Below are positions 26,200-38,868 of a DNA stretch of 64,000 nucleotides, piece after piece. Origin of the DNA: Cyanophora paradoxa CCMP329 (lineage: Eukaryota; Plantae; Glaucophyta); assembly GCA_004431415.1 (NCBI GenBank), contig QPMI01000604.1, positions 1-64,000 on the forward strand, written 5' to 3'. Made by a program: the position numbers and the translations under genes. The notes beneath the pieces were generated by a model, which was not told the origin of the DNA, made no database searches, and saw only the letters and a list, made by a program, of their open reading frames with translations. Position 1 is the first letter of the stretch; the number at the start of each line of letters is the position of its first letter.

Positions 26200-26914
26200 A
26201 TGGGTGAGCCGCCTTCCCGCGCACCTCGCGTTTCTCCGTCGTTTTCTGACCTGTTTTGGCCACTCGGCTCGCGCCCTCCTTCAGTGGTGCGTCCCGTCTA
26301 TAGTGATTGAGACCCGCCCGGTCAACCCAGCGCGATCCGCTAACGTCGCTTTCCCCTGCTTTCTCCGACGTCGTGCTGCGTCCCTAGAACTGGTGCGCGA
26401 CCGTCCGGCGTATACGTCCGGCCGTTTTTATACGTGGCCGCCACGTGTACGTTGGCCGCCGTTGCTGACTTTGCTCCCGCGCGTGTTTCGTCATTGGGAT
26501 TCGTGTTGTGCAGGGACAAGGTCCGTCCGCCGCGCCGCCTGCCGATTTGTTGCCCCGGGGTGTCGCTTGGCATGGCGCTGACTCGGAGCCTCGCCCGCCT
26601 CGCGCAGGTTCTCAAGATCGTGGTACGCACCGAGTGAACGAGAGCAACATCGTAGCTCGCCGCGCCGTCGCCGACGGCGGCCTGGCGCGCGCAGGTTGCC
26701 ATCATCCTGCCGCCGGTGGCCATCCTCGTCTGGGGCGGCGGCTGCAACCAGACCCTCCTCATCAACATTGTGCTCTGGTACGTACGCTTTTCGGGGCCCG
26801 CCGGCCGCCCTTCGACCGTTCCCGCGCGATCTTGCTTGTCATGACCTGCGCCCTCTTCGCAGCTTCTTCCTGTTCTTCCCGGCCATAGTTCACGCCATCT
26901 ACAACCTGTTCTAG
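26200..26914 (+). CDS. PMP3: PMP3/RCI2 (UPF0057) family small proteolipid, 55 aa, 7 coding exons including microexons
   Basis: Exons 26200-26203, 26285-26286, 26388-26392, 26514-26520, 26608-26622, 26695-26777 and 26863-26914 give MVNWDKVLKIVVAIILPPVAILVWGGGCNQTLLINIVLCFFLFFPAIVHAIYNLF, matching the AIxLPP...C...INxxL...PxIxHAxY signature. Confidence 0.85.
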
Positions 26915-27141
26915 GAGATTTACCGCGGGTGCGGATCGCTCTTTAGATTTTCGCCTAGTAGGGTGAAATGATCGACTGATCCGATGATCGAATCTCAGGT
27001 TCGGGCCGCGGCTGTACGATAGCGCGACACGCTCTCGATGTATTTTGAATATTTGTTTATGAATGTGAATACGATGTAAAGCGAGATCTCCCCCGACGAT
27101 GCGGTTGACTGCGCCCCCAAGCAAACGGCGCATGCTCATGA

Positions 27142-29384
27142 TCACTGATGAAATTGGCCAACGTTAGCGTTGCCGGGACGGGGCGCTGCGGGGGGCGCTC
27201 GCGGGTCTGGCGCGGGCCGAGGCGGTGGGCGGACCGCCGGGTGCCGGCTCGCCGCGCGAGAGCGGGGGCCGCCGGCCGCCGGGGGCGGTGGTCGGGGAGG
27301 GGCCGCGGCGCCGGCGGTGGCGGCGCGGCGGAGCGGGCCGGCGGGGGTCGGGGAGGGGCCCCGGGTAGATGCTCCGGACCCGCGGCGCTCGGGGGACACG
27401 GAGCGCCGCCGGGTACGCGCGCCGTCCTCCGCGAACGTCACGGAGTTGCGCCGCGTGGGGTACGGCGCCTCCTCCTGGACCCGCCGCAGCTGCTCCGCCT
27501 GCTCCTGCGGGGCCGGAAGTTCAGACGGGTACAAGGAGAGCGGGCCTGAATCCGGAGGGGGGGTACCGCGATGAGAGCGTCCCGCTCGGCGCGCTCGCGG
27601 AGGAGCCGCGAGTTGTCGTAGTGGAGCTTCTCGCAGAGCTCCTCGAGGTGCGCGACGCGCAGCCGCAGCTTCCTGAGCTCCTCCCGCGCCGCGGGGCCGC
27701 CCTCCGCGTACACGGCCTCCGCCTTCGTCGGCGCGATCGTCGCCGCGAGGTCTGACTCCGCCCGGTTCTTGGAGAGGGCCCGCTCGATGGCGGCGCGGAG
27801 GGTCACGCCGATGGGCACCGACTCGAGGTTGCCCATGTACAGCAGCGCGTAGTTCGCCTCGGCGGCCTTCAGCAGCGCCGCGCCGCCCTCGGGCCCGATG
27901 GGGTTGTCCGAGAGGCGCAGGGCCGTGAGCGTCCGGTTCACGTGGAGCGCCTGCGCCAGGGACGAGGCCGCCCGGTCCGAGAGCTCGTTGTGGCCAAGGT
28001 GCAGGTCCGTCAGCGTGAAGTTGTGCTGCGGGGGGTACACGAATCAAGGAGAGGGGGGGCGGGGCGGGAGGGGGTACGGGGACGGCGCACGTGGAGGGCG
28101 TCGGAGAGGGCGAGGGCGCCCTCGGTGCCGAGGGCGTTGTAGCGGAGGCCGACGGAGATGAGGGATCGGCTCCGGCGGAGGACGCCGCCGAGGATGCGGC
28201 CGGCCTCCGGTCCGAGGTAGGCGTGGGCGAGCTGTAGGGAGGTCAGGGAGGTGTTGGTGGCGAGGTAGCGCTCCAGGGACTGCGCGAAGCGGTGCCCGCC
28301 CGAGGCCAGCTCGTTGTGCGTCAGCGAGAGCGTCGCCAGCGTCCCGTTGTACTGCGCGCGCGGCGGCGCGTCGGGGGCGGGGTGCGCATGCGGGCGAGGA
28401 AGCGTGGGAGGGGGGCGGGGCACGGACCTCGAGGCGGTCGACGAGGGCCGTGGCGCCGGGCTCGCGCAGGTTGAGCACGAGGTTGATGAGGCCCGTGTTG
28501 GTCGAGAGCGCGTTCCCGATGACGGCGCCCAGCGAGTCGTGCTCCTGCTTGCGGGTCAGGCGAGCCGGCCGCGGGGGGCGGGCAAAGCCCGGGCCGGGCG
28601 GGCTGGGCACGCGCCTGCATGGGGTTCTGGGAGATGTCGAGGGAGAGGAGAGAGGAGGACTGGCAGAGGGAGTTGGCGAGCGCCTCGCCCGACTTGCGGT
28701 TCAGCATGTTCCGGGAGAGGTTCAGCGAGAGCAGCGTCTTGTTCTGCAGCAGCATGGACGCGAGCTCGACGCCCGCCTTGTCGCCCATGTTGTTGCAGCT
28801 CAGGTCCAGCTCCGTGATCGACTTGTTCGTCGACATCGCTGCGCGGCGGCGGCGCCGGCGAAGGCGGCTCGGGCGGCGGCTCAGGCGGCGGGAGCGCGGG
28901 GCGGGCGCGGACCCTTGACCAGGTCCTTGGCGACCTCGACGGTAAAGGCCTTGCTGCCCACGCGCGCCAGCGAGAGGCTCTTCAGCGAGTGCTGCACCGC
29001 CACCGAGAGCACGAGCGCCCGCAGCTCGTTCTGGCCGACCTCCTGCGCGGTTGCGTTTGCACCGCTTAGCTCCGGCGCGCCGCGGGGGCGGCGGGATAGC
29101 AGCGGACCGCCTCTGCATCCTCTATGCTATATGCTTCAAAGCTCGGCTCCAGCAGGTGCCTGTAGTACGACGCCTGCCGCCCGCCGGCTCAGCTCGGCGC
29201 CGGCTATAGCTAGCTAGCTAAGCGACGGCGGAGCGGGTTCGGGCGGACCTCGGGGCGGACACCGAGGCGTGTGCACGCCTGCGCACCACCCCAGTAAGCG
29301 CCGGAACACCCGGCGAGTGCCCGGCGAGCGAGGCGCGGCAAGCGACGGGCGGGCCTTGTTGTAGATGTCCTTGCAGTAGGCCAT
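27142..29384 (-). CDS. Ribonuclease-inhibitor/NLRC3-like LRR protein with C-terminal coiled coil
   Basis: Repeats NKSITELDLSCNNMGDKAG, NKTLLSLNLSRN, NTSLTSLQLAHAYLGPEAG, NFTLTDLHLGHNEL, NRTLTALRLSDNPIGPEGG. First exon MAYCKDIYNK. Confidence 0.8.
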
Positions 29385-29540
29385 CGTGCGGATGGGGTCT
29401 CACGCGTGCCCCGGACGCCGCAGCCCGGACGCCAGGCGCAGCCGTGGCGTAGGGGGACCGTCGGGTTCAAACCGGGGACGGGGGGGGAATATCTGGTTGG
29501 GGTACAGCGACCTCCGTGTCTGGGAGTAACACCAGCAGCA

Positions 29541-30733
29541 ATGGGTGAGTGACAGCGCATCGCCGCCGACCGGCCCAGAGCCCCCAGCTAGGCACCGCAG
29601 CGCTTGCGGCACGGCTAGAGAGAGCTCTCGCGCTCCTTGCCGGGCAACCCGGGCGCGAGAGGCATAGGATCGCGCTAGGTCGCCTCCCGACTCGCCGCAG
29701 CACCAGCTGACGCATCCGCGCTCCTGCGCACTTCTTATGCAGCGGCGGCAACTACGGAGATCAAGCTCTTCAACAAGTGGTGCGTGCTGGCGACCGAACC
29801 TCGTCAATCGCGTAGGCGGCTCACTCCGGCGGCCCCCGCCGCGCCTCAGGTCGTTCGACGATGTCGAGATCAACGACATCTCGCTGGAGGTGCGCATATC
29901 TGGCGTGGGGCGGGTCGGGCGCGGCAGCGGCGCGGATCAGCAGCATACCGCGGCAGCTCGTTAAGCCGGCGGGGCTTGGGATCGCAGCGATCATAGGCAT
30001 ATGGTCTGGGCAGCTCTGAGCTGAGGTCCCGCCCCGCGCCCGCGCAGGACTACATCGCTGTGAAGCCGAAGTATGCGGTGTACCTGCCCCACACCGCGGG
30101 CCGCTTCGCCGCGAAGCGCTTCCGCAAGGCCATGTGCCCGATCGTCGAGCGCGTCGCGAACTCGATGATGATGCACGGCCGCAACAACGGCAAGAAGCTC
30201 ATGGCCGTCCGCATCATGAAGCACGCGTTCGAGATCATCCACCTGCTCACGGACCAGAACCCGATCCAAGTGCTCGTTGACGCCATCATCAACAGCGGCC
30301 CCCGCGAGGACTCCACTCGTATCGGCACTGCTGGTGTCGTCCGCCGCCAGGCCGTCGATGTGTCGCCCCTGCGCCGCGTCAACCAGGCGATCTGGCTCCT
30401 CACCACCGGCGTGCGTCCCGCCCCGCCTCGCCGCCTGCCGCCCGCCCGCCCGCCTGCTCGCTCGCCCGCCCGTCCGGATCCCTCACCCCGCCCCGCCCCG
30501 CCCCGCCCCGCAGGCCCGCGAGTCGGCGTTCCGCAGCGTGAAGACCATCGCTGAGTGCCTTGCTGATGAGCTCATCAACGCCGCCAAGGTGCCCCGCGCC
30601 GCACCGCGCCGCCCCGCGCCTCCGCAGCCGCTGACGGGCTCGCGCGCGCGCGCGCCTCGCGCAGGGCTCGTCCAACTCCTTCGCCATCAAGAAGAAGGAC
30701 GAGATCGAGCGTGTCGCCAAGGCCAACCGTTAA
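29541..30733 (+). CDS. RPS5: 40S ribosomal protein S5 (uS7), 6 exons
   Basis: Spliced product [62 protein letters not shown]...[12 protein letters not shown]...[13 protein letters not shown]...ARESAFR...[32 protein letters not shown]. All introns GT-AG. Confidence 0.98.
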
Positions 30734-31572
30734 TTCGGCACCCGGCCGGGCGCGCGCCCCGCAAGCGCGCGAATGCAGTCGTCCGTCCGCCACAGACGCT
30801 CCATGTGCTGCTTCTGGCCGTCCTTGTACCGCTGCCCAATTTCACAAGCGGCCAGTCCTTTCCACCGCGTCCTCGCACGGCGGCCGCTCTCCGGGGGGCG
30901 GGCGGAGTCTAGGCCGGAGGGGAGGGGGTAAGGGCGGGGCGACCGGGGGCCTCCCGCGGCAGCGCCAGCCTGGTGCGATATCGGGACGGCGAGAGCTCTC
31001 GCCCCTACCATGAAGCGCTCTCCTCTGGGACTCACAGGGCAGGACGGGCCGGGGCCCCGGGCTAGCTGTGAAGGCCGGATCCGTCGCTGCGGCGCGCACT
31101 CTGCTCGGGAGACCAGATATCTATTCGGAGCTCGAGATCTAGACTTCACGTCGACGTCGACGATGAGAGCTATCATGCATGACCTGGTCGCCGTTAAATC
31201 CCGATTTGCAAGTCGATGCGTGCTAGCTTGGCCTCGTTTGCGATTTCAATATTAATTGCAACCGTGAACTGATTTTCACACTTGTGCTTCAAAAAAGTGG
31301 ACCGAATTCGAATTCGAAGAAGAACTTGGCAAGCGTACTAGGCAGAAAATAGTATGCAGCTAAAGGCTATCTACTGTATTACGGTATAGTATCTAGTAGT
31401 ACTGTGTAACGAGTCCAAAACGCTGACTCCGGGTTATAATGCAAGCGGCGCTATACTCTCACATCTAGATCTATGTAAAGCTTTCTACGAAGCTTTAATC
31501 TGCCTGAGCAAAAGCTTGGTGGAACAGTGCGACAGCTGAAAGTCAAGGAGACGGCCCGGCGCCGGCGCGCGC

Positions 31573-32732
31573 CTACAGGGTGGAGCAGTTGCGCAGAGAG
31601 GGCGCGCAGTTGCTCCAGAGGCGCCCCGCGCCGCAGCAGGCAAAGAGGCCCGGGGCCTCCACGTCGCCGGGGACCGGGGGCAGTGGGGGCACGCCCTTGC
31701 CGACCGGGCGCTCCCGGAACGAGAGGAGGTTCGAGAGCCAGCCGTCGCTCTGCTCGCCCCGCACATCCGCGTCGCTCGCGACGGGCAGGACGGCCTGGCT
31801 CCCGAAGCGGGTGTACCCCCCGTCCGCCGCCGAGATGCGGTCCGCGTAGTCGCTGTGGACCCTCGGAGGGGGCGCCGGGGAGACCGGCGGGGCGGCCGGC
31901 ATGGGGGCCGCGGCGGGCGCGGGCGCGGCGCCGGCCGCGTTGGCAACGACGAAAGAGGCCCGGACGTTCACTGCGGCTCCCGCCTTCTTCGCGTTCTCGA
32001 TCGGGACCTGCCGGGGTCCGAAGCCGTCAGGACGGGCGCGTAGGGTATGCAACTACGGATGCGAAACAGCGTACCCAAAGCTCGGCGACGTGCGGGGGCT
32101 GCAGGAGGCCGGAGATGTCCAGGGCGGCGGTACCCAGGCTCTTCTCGTCGCCCTTGACGGCGTCCTGGACCTGAGACGGGAGCCAGAGTCAGGGGCGGAG
32201 CCCGGATTCGGACGGCGCGGGCGGAGGCTCCATCGAGGGTAGTTGTGGTCACCTGAATCAAAAGTCGGGGCGCGCCTTCCGCCGAGGGCTCTGTTCCGGG
32301 GGGCGAGGTTAGCGCTTGGCGAGCGAGGATTGATCGCGGGCTGCCGCTGACCGGACGCGTATCCGCCCGGCGTCGACACGAACTGATTCTTGGCCGTCGC
32401 CAGCGGAAGGAACGTCCACGACATCGCTGTTGCGCGCGAGGGGCGCGTGCAGAGTGAGATCGAGCTGCGTACTCGCTTTGAATGCGGGAGAGTTGCGCGC
32501 GCACCCGTCCCGTTCGCGAGGCACGTAACTATGATGCGAGGGTAGTCAGTACCGAGGTTGTGCACCTGCGGCATGCAAAGGTCAGCTCGGGACTTGGAAC
32601 TCTCGATCCGAGCCGCTGCCCTAGCCGGAGTCCGCTCCCGGGCTCAGCGCGCGCGCGCGCGCGTTCATCATAGGCGACGCTGCGCACCCCGAGGACCTGA
32701 ACGAGGAGCTTCCCGTGTGCTCCCATTGGCAT
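31573..32732 (-). CDS. C2-domain-like protein with Cys-rich tail and C-terminal CaaX (CSTL)
   Basis: Exons join in frame: GKLLVQVLG/VHNL..., RLLIQ/VQDAVKGDEKSLGTAALDISGL...ELW/VPI (C2-like pattern). Ends FACCGAG...RNCSTL*. Confidence 0.55.
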
Positions 32733-33376
32733 GTCTTGAGCGTGAATTGCTGTACGGAACTGCCACGGAGGCGTCAGACTCGGTCAGAGGTCCGGAGCCG
32801 AGGCAACTATTGCAGCGGGGCTTCGATGATAGCTATAGTTGGCGCCAAGGGGGAGGCCCTGAGCTGCTCGGAAACTCGTCGCCGTACCTTCACGCGTCGA
32901 TGCTAGCCGGTGGATGCCGGTCTGCGCTGCCTGCAGCCGCGCTTCGCTTCGCTTGCTTTATGCTGGGGTAGAGGGCGCTTCGTGCGCAAGTCGCTAGCGC
33001 CTCCAGCTCTTGAGCGGTCCGCGAGGTCAGCGCCCAGCGCCGCGGCGCTAGCGCGACCGTCGGACGCTCCGCGGGATCCGAAGATTCTTGATATAGCGAA
33101 GGGCCCTGGCGCCCCGCTATAGCTAGCGCTCCAGCTGCAGCGCCGGCGCCCCGCCCCGGCAGCCAAGCTACATTGCTACCAAGTTATACACCGTGGCACT
33201 CAGTGACTGGGCCATGGCCAGCACTGCGGCAAGCGCACGCGCCCGTCTAGATCCCCTGCCCCCAGCCGCACTCGAGATCTCGCCTAAGCTCTGATCATGA
33301 TGCAAATTAAAGAGTAAAGATCCATGCCATATCAAAGCCGGACAGAGCCCAAGGGCGCGGCGGGGCCTGTACAGTA

Positions 33377-36300
33377 CTACCTATCTATGGCGCCGCCCGC
33401 GGCCACCCGGCCGCTACATCGCGACCGAGGCGGCGGCCGGCCGATATCGACGCCGGGCTGGGCTCGGCCCAGGCTCAGCAGGGGCTGTAGTAGCGGCGGG
33501 AGGCGAGGCCCGGGACGCAGGGGACGAGCCGCTGGAGCAGGAAGGCGTGGCATCCCCCCGGGCCCTCCGCCCCCTCCTCCTCGTCCCTCTCCAGGTCCCC
33601 CGGGAGCGCCGGGAGCGCCCCCGGTCGCCGCGATGCAACCGCCGAGCTGCCGTGCCTGTTGCCAGAGGTCAGAAGAGGGGGGGAAGAAGCGGAGTGGGGT
33701 ACGGCGCACGAGGAGCCGAAGGAGCGGAGGGACCCGGCGACGCAGAGGTACTCGAAGAGGGACCCCTCGCCCTCCCGCGCCGACCGGTCCTCGTCGCTCT
33801 CGTCCTAAAAATAGATCAGGATGTGGAGGGGGGCCAAGAAGGGAGGGGGGTACGCGTGCCTGGAGTGCGTCCGCGGAGTCGGCGAGGTCGTGGATGCGCT
33901 TCATCGCCTTCTTGATGCGGTCCAGCGCGTCGTAGTGGACGTCCGCCGCCTTCTGCGCGCCCCGGTCTGAGCGCTCAGACCATATCTGATCTGATCTGAT
34001 CTGACCGCGAGGGACGTGTGCGCCCGCGCGAGGAAGTTCTTCGCCTCCTCGTAACGGTGCAGCTGCGGGGGTACCGTAAATTTAAGAAGGGGTATAAGCA
34101 TCGGCGGCGCGGGCCGCACATGCTCGCAGAGCCTCGCGGCGTGCCACAGGTCGTTGGCGCACTGCACCGACTCCGGGCCCTGCGCGGCCGCCCGTCGGCG
34201 AGGCAGAAGTAGGTAGGGCGAGAGGGGCGAGATAGAAGGGGGGTACCATGACGCGCTCGTGGAGCTCCATCGCCTCGAGGCAGAAATCCAGCGCCTCCTT
34301 GAACTTGCGCTGTACCCGGGGGCTCAGAGAACGCGGGAAACGGTGGGGGGGGTACACCCGCCTTGGCGGAGAGGACGCGGGAGATGTTCTGGAGGTCCCG
34401 CGCGACCTCCCGGTGGTCCTTCTGCGATTCGTGCGAACGAAGAAGAAGAAGCGGTCGGAATCCAGTACCCCAGGACCGCAAGGGGGTACGCACGCTGAGG
34501 GCGCGGCGGCGGATGTCGAGGGCGCGCTTGTGGTAGGCGAGGGCGTCGTCGAGGCGGTTGAGGCGGGCGCAGAGGGTCGCCACCTCCGAGACGTCCCCCG
34601 CCACGTCCGGGTGGTCCGGCCCTGAGGGGAGGAGGGAGGCAGACCCGTTCAGAACAGAGGAGGAGGGGGGGGTGGAGGAGGAGGGGGTAGGGGGCACCGA
34701 GCGCGGCCTCGTCGATCTGCAGCGCGCGCTCGTGCTGCTTCAGCGCGTCCCACAGCTGATGGGGGGTACGCGTCAGGACAAGGGGGGTAGGTAGGAAGGT
34801 CAAGGAGGGGGGGGGGGTACGGGGCGGGGCACCTGGCCCTGCTGGGCGTACAGGGATCCGAGGGCGTTGAGCCACGCGGAGAGGGCCCGGTGGTCCTTCC
34901 CCAGCTGCTGCTCCCGCGCCTGCGTCGGATCCGATCAGATCAGATCAGATCAGATCAGATCAGGTCTCTATGAGATCGCAGCAGAGGAAGGCGCGGGGCG
35001 GGCTGCTTGGGGGACGTTCGCCTAGAGCCGGGCCGGGGGGGCACACGCGCCTGGATCGCGTCGTGGTACAGCTTGAGCGCCTGAGGCAAGGGCGGGTGAG
35101 CGCCGGAGGGGCGGGGGCGCATGTGGAAGGGGCGGGCACCTCGTCCTTGTTGGTCTGGGCGCAGAGGGCGGCGAGGGAGCGGTAGAGGGTGACGACCTCC
35201 GTGGAGGCGAGCCCCAGCATGCGCTCGCTCGTGCTGATGGCGTTGCGGAGGGCGGCTCGGGCCTTTGCCGGGTCGTCCAGGGCCTCGTTGACGTGGGCGA
35301 GGCCGGCCGTGCACGCCGCGTAGAGCGAGCTCATGGGCCCCTGCGAGCGCGCCGCGATGCGCTGGGCGCGCTCGAGGAGGGGCAGGGCCTCGTCGTGGCG
35401 GCCGTGGTCGCAGTAGAGGCCCGCGAGGTTGCAGAGAAGGACGGCGAGGTCGGGGGCCTCCTCGCCGGGGGGCGTCCCCGGCAGCGGCGGGGGCAGGCCC
35501 AGCCGCCCGCCCATCGGCGGGGTGGAGGTCAGGTCCGCCGAGGCGCGGCGGCGCCCCGCGCCGTTCGAGCCGTCGCTGGCCCCGCTGGAGGTGCGGGAGA
35601 TGATGCCGCCGGCGCCGGCGCCGGCGCCGGCGCCGGCGTCGACCGCGCTGGACGTGCGCGTGGGCGGCGGGGCCGCGGTCCCCGTCCGCCCGCCGTACAC
35701 GCCCCTGCCGCCCGCCCGGCGCGCTCAGATCAGATGGGATCGGATCGGATCGGATCAGATCTGATCTGAGCGCCCACCGCTCGTCGAGAATGCGGATCGC
35801 GCGCGTGTAGTACCGCTCGGCGCGCTCCGCCTGGCCCATCGCCTGCTCAGACCCGATCAGATCAGATCAGATCCGATCAGAAAATCAGATCAGATCAGAT
35901 CTGAGCGCGCCTCGTAGAGCCCGGCGAGGTCGTTCAGGGCGGACGCGACGTTCGAGTGGAGGGCGCCGAGGGCGCGCCGGTTGGCGTGGAGGGCCCGCCG
36001 GTACGCCGCCCCTGCCTCCTCGTAGCGGCCCTGGCTGTGGAAGACGTGCCCCAGCCGCGAGAGCAGGGCGGCCACGGGCGGGCTCTCCGCCCCATGGTCC
36101 CGCTCGGCCTCCTCGATGGCCCGCTGGAGGCCCGTCACGAGCCGGTCCGTCTTGTCCTTGCCCGCCGAGCCGGTCCGGGGGCACCGGTCCAGCTCCGCCA
36201 CGTTGAGGAGCGGCGCGATGCGCTCCACTGGCGTCGCGGCGAGGCGGCGCGAAGTTAGGGGCCGAGCTCGAGGCGTTGGCGGGAGCGCCCGGCGGACCTT

Positions 36301-37230
36301 TGGAGCGGCGCTCCGGAGTGGCGAGCCAGGGCCCCGGCGTGCTGCGCCCGTCCTCGCATTCGCTGTCGCTCCGCGATTCCTCGTCCCTGCGTGCCGGAAC
36401 CGGTTACGGAGGGCGGGCGGGCGGGCGGAGGGGCGGGCGGACCACGGGTTGCTGCTGGGCGCGCGAGCCGGGATGAACTCGCCGATGGTTTCGAGGCCGG
36501 TGAAGGTAGGCCGCCGCAGTCGCGACGAGCTCTTTCCCGGCGAGACGCGCTCGAAGCTCCCGCTCTGCGGCAGCGGAGACGACATGTTGAACGACGAGTT
36601 GCGCCGCTGCTGCTCGTTCGCCAGCAGGAGCAGCATGCGCGCCGCGTGCCGCGACTTGTCCGGGTCCTGCATCTGCTCCAGCACCGCAACGGCGTCCTGC
36701 GGGTCTCCAGTCAGCAGCGCCCGCGGGGCGGGGGGCGCTTGGATCCCCGGAGGGCGACGCGGGCGGGCGGGCGGGCCTTGCCGAGCTCTGCCTTCGCGCG
36801 CTCCAGCTCCATGCGCGTCTTCTCGACTTCGCTGAAGCTCAGACTACGCGGCGGCGGTCGCCGCAGGCTCAGCTGGGGCGTGAGCTGGGGCGAGGGCTGC
36901 GGGCCGAGCGGAGTCGTGGCGTGGGCCGCGGGCGTTGCTTGCGCGCTGCTGGGCGCGGAGTCGGCGTTGCTCGGAGCTGCTGGCTTGACGGAGGGTGTGG
37001 CGGGCGTGGCGGGAGCATCATCTCGACGCGGGCTGGGGTTCTTGAACCCACGGAAAATGCCACCCTCCGTTTCGTCCGGCGGCGTGGCGCGGAGCGATGA
37101 TCGGTCTGCGGAAGCGGCCGATGGGTTAGATTGGGCCCGGTCGGACGCGTCAACGCCAGCCGGCGTTGGCGTGCGGTCGTGGCGGGGAACTGGTCTAGCT
37201 CGGGTGCGGACCTGTGGACTTGTCGGTCAT
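33377..37230 (-). CDS. Kinesin-light-chain-like TPR repeat protein (multi-exon; 3' end approximate)
   Basis: TPRs: HGAESPPVAALLSRLGHVFHSQGRYEEA, LGALHSNVASALNDLAGLY, LAVLLCNLAGLYCDHGRHDEALPLLERA, GPDHPDVAGDVSEVATL...ALAYHKRALDIRRRAL. Confidence 0.8.
33953..35910. repeat. (GATCA/GATCG)n microsatellite tracts filling four introns of the TPR gene
   Basis: Tracts in introns 33953-34005, 35705-35777 and 35843-35910, and at ~34928-34963. The same repeat fills PNGase intron 52934-53008. Confidence 0.85.
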
Positions 37231-38374
37231 CGTATACTGCTCCAGTCCGATCCGCTGAACGCCGGTCTCGCGGAAACGGCCGCTGGAGAGGGCAACCGAC
37301 TTGCGCACGAAGCGTCCTGTACCCCAGCAAAAAACAACGAAGCGAATTCGAATTCGAAGCGCGGCGCCGGCGCCCGGCTGCCGAACGTTAATTAAACGCT
37401 GCCGGCGCCGAATTCTCGACGCGTTAAGGTGTATATAGACTCACTGGAGAGGAGTTTCCTGGACATCGCCCAGCTAGCGCTGCAGCTGCCGCATGCGCGC
37501 GCGCAGTACTAGTGCACAGCGGCAGCTGCAGCAGGCTGCCAGGCTGCCACCAGCTAGGCTGCAGCCTGGCGGCTCCCTGCGAGCTCAACGAAGGCGGAAT
37601 TCGAATCGACTCGACGAGTTCCTCAACCACGCCGCGGCGGCCGCGGCCGCCGACGTCCGACGGTCGGGCGCGTACAGCTGCAGCGTACGTATACGCGTAC
37701 GGCGGCGTCCGAGTTGACGTTCGGTGCCGGCCGCGGCCGGCGCCGCCCGCGGGCCGGCGCCGGGGCGCGCGCACGGGCCTCGGGCATGCGCAGGGGCCTG
37801 CAGCTGGTTCGCCCAATATTGCATATTGAAAGCTCGAGGTGTGCCAATTTGCAAGCTGGCATGCATATATGGGGGGGACATGGCGTCCGGTGGTAGCCGT
37901 GGCCAGTCCACTGGGCCATGGCCGGCGCTCCCCCCCCCCCCCCCCCCCCCCCCCCGCGCGCCAGACCAGGTGGTGGTGGCCAGCCCCGCGCGCCCATGGC
38001 CAGTCCAACACGTGGAAGTTTGGAAGCCCTGGAAGTTTAAAGCACCTCGCGATCGTAGTCCGCGGCTGTACATGTCCGCCGCCCTCCCTCGCCTCCGCGC
38101 CGCCTCTAGGTCTCCCTCCTCGGAGCTCCCTCCCGAGTCCCTGCTCCACTCCCGACTCCCTCCTCACCTCATGCAGTCCGATCACCGGATTCCGGATCCT
38201 GACTCCTGAGCTCCGGATCCGACAGCCTCCTCAGAGACGATCATCGGATCGCGATCGAGCGCCCGCACGCGTACGGCGGCATGCGCAGCTCATGATCAGC
38301 GGCTCATGATTGATATCAATTGCAAGTACGTTTACTAACAGTCCCAGCTATACACTAGCTATAGCAATCTCGAT

Positions 38375-38868
38375 TAGAGCTGTGCTCGCTGGGGGGGGCC
38401 GGGCCCAGCGGCCGCTGAAGCCCGGCGAGCGGCGCCCGTCGCTGGCCCGTCGCTGAGGTGGGGGTACCGCTAAAACCTGTCGAAAACCTGCTGAAAACCA
38501 ACCGAAAACCTATCTGTTCCGTTTAGTTTATTTCGTACAAGCTTTTAAGATGCGCGCGTACGCAAATGCAGATTTAATGCTTAGTTCCGCGAGCCATCTG
38601 TCAATTTCTGCGAGATAGAGGCCAGCGGCAGGCTGCTTTTGGGCGAAGCGGAGCGCCTGGATGCTCGAAAACAGTCGAAATTTAGCAAGATTGATCGGCT
38701 ACGCCGACCTCGTCGACCTTCAGATGAGAAAAAAGCGGGATGGAGCTTTTTTTGGCGCCTGTCAGCCATAAAAAACGCTGAGCGAGGAGGTGTCGCTGGC
38801 GGAAAACGCCAAGCGTAGCGGCCGCTGGAACCTCGCGAGCGAAGCGACCACCAGCGACCACAGCCCTA
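38375..38868. mobile_element. hAT-type non-autonomous element (MITE), 494 bp
   Basis: Imperfect 18-bp TIRs TAGAGCTGTGCTCGCTGG ... CCAGCGACCACAGCCCTA, flanked by the 8-bp TSD ATCTCGAT (38367-38374 and 38869-38876). Confidence 0.85.

Noticed and set aside
29545-30047. snoRNAs in RPS5 introns
   Set aside because: No convincing C box (RTGATGA) with D box pair or H/ACA structure was seen.
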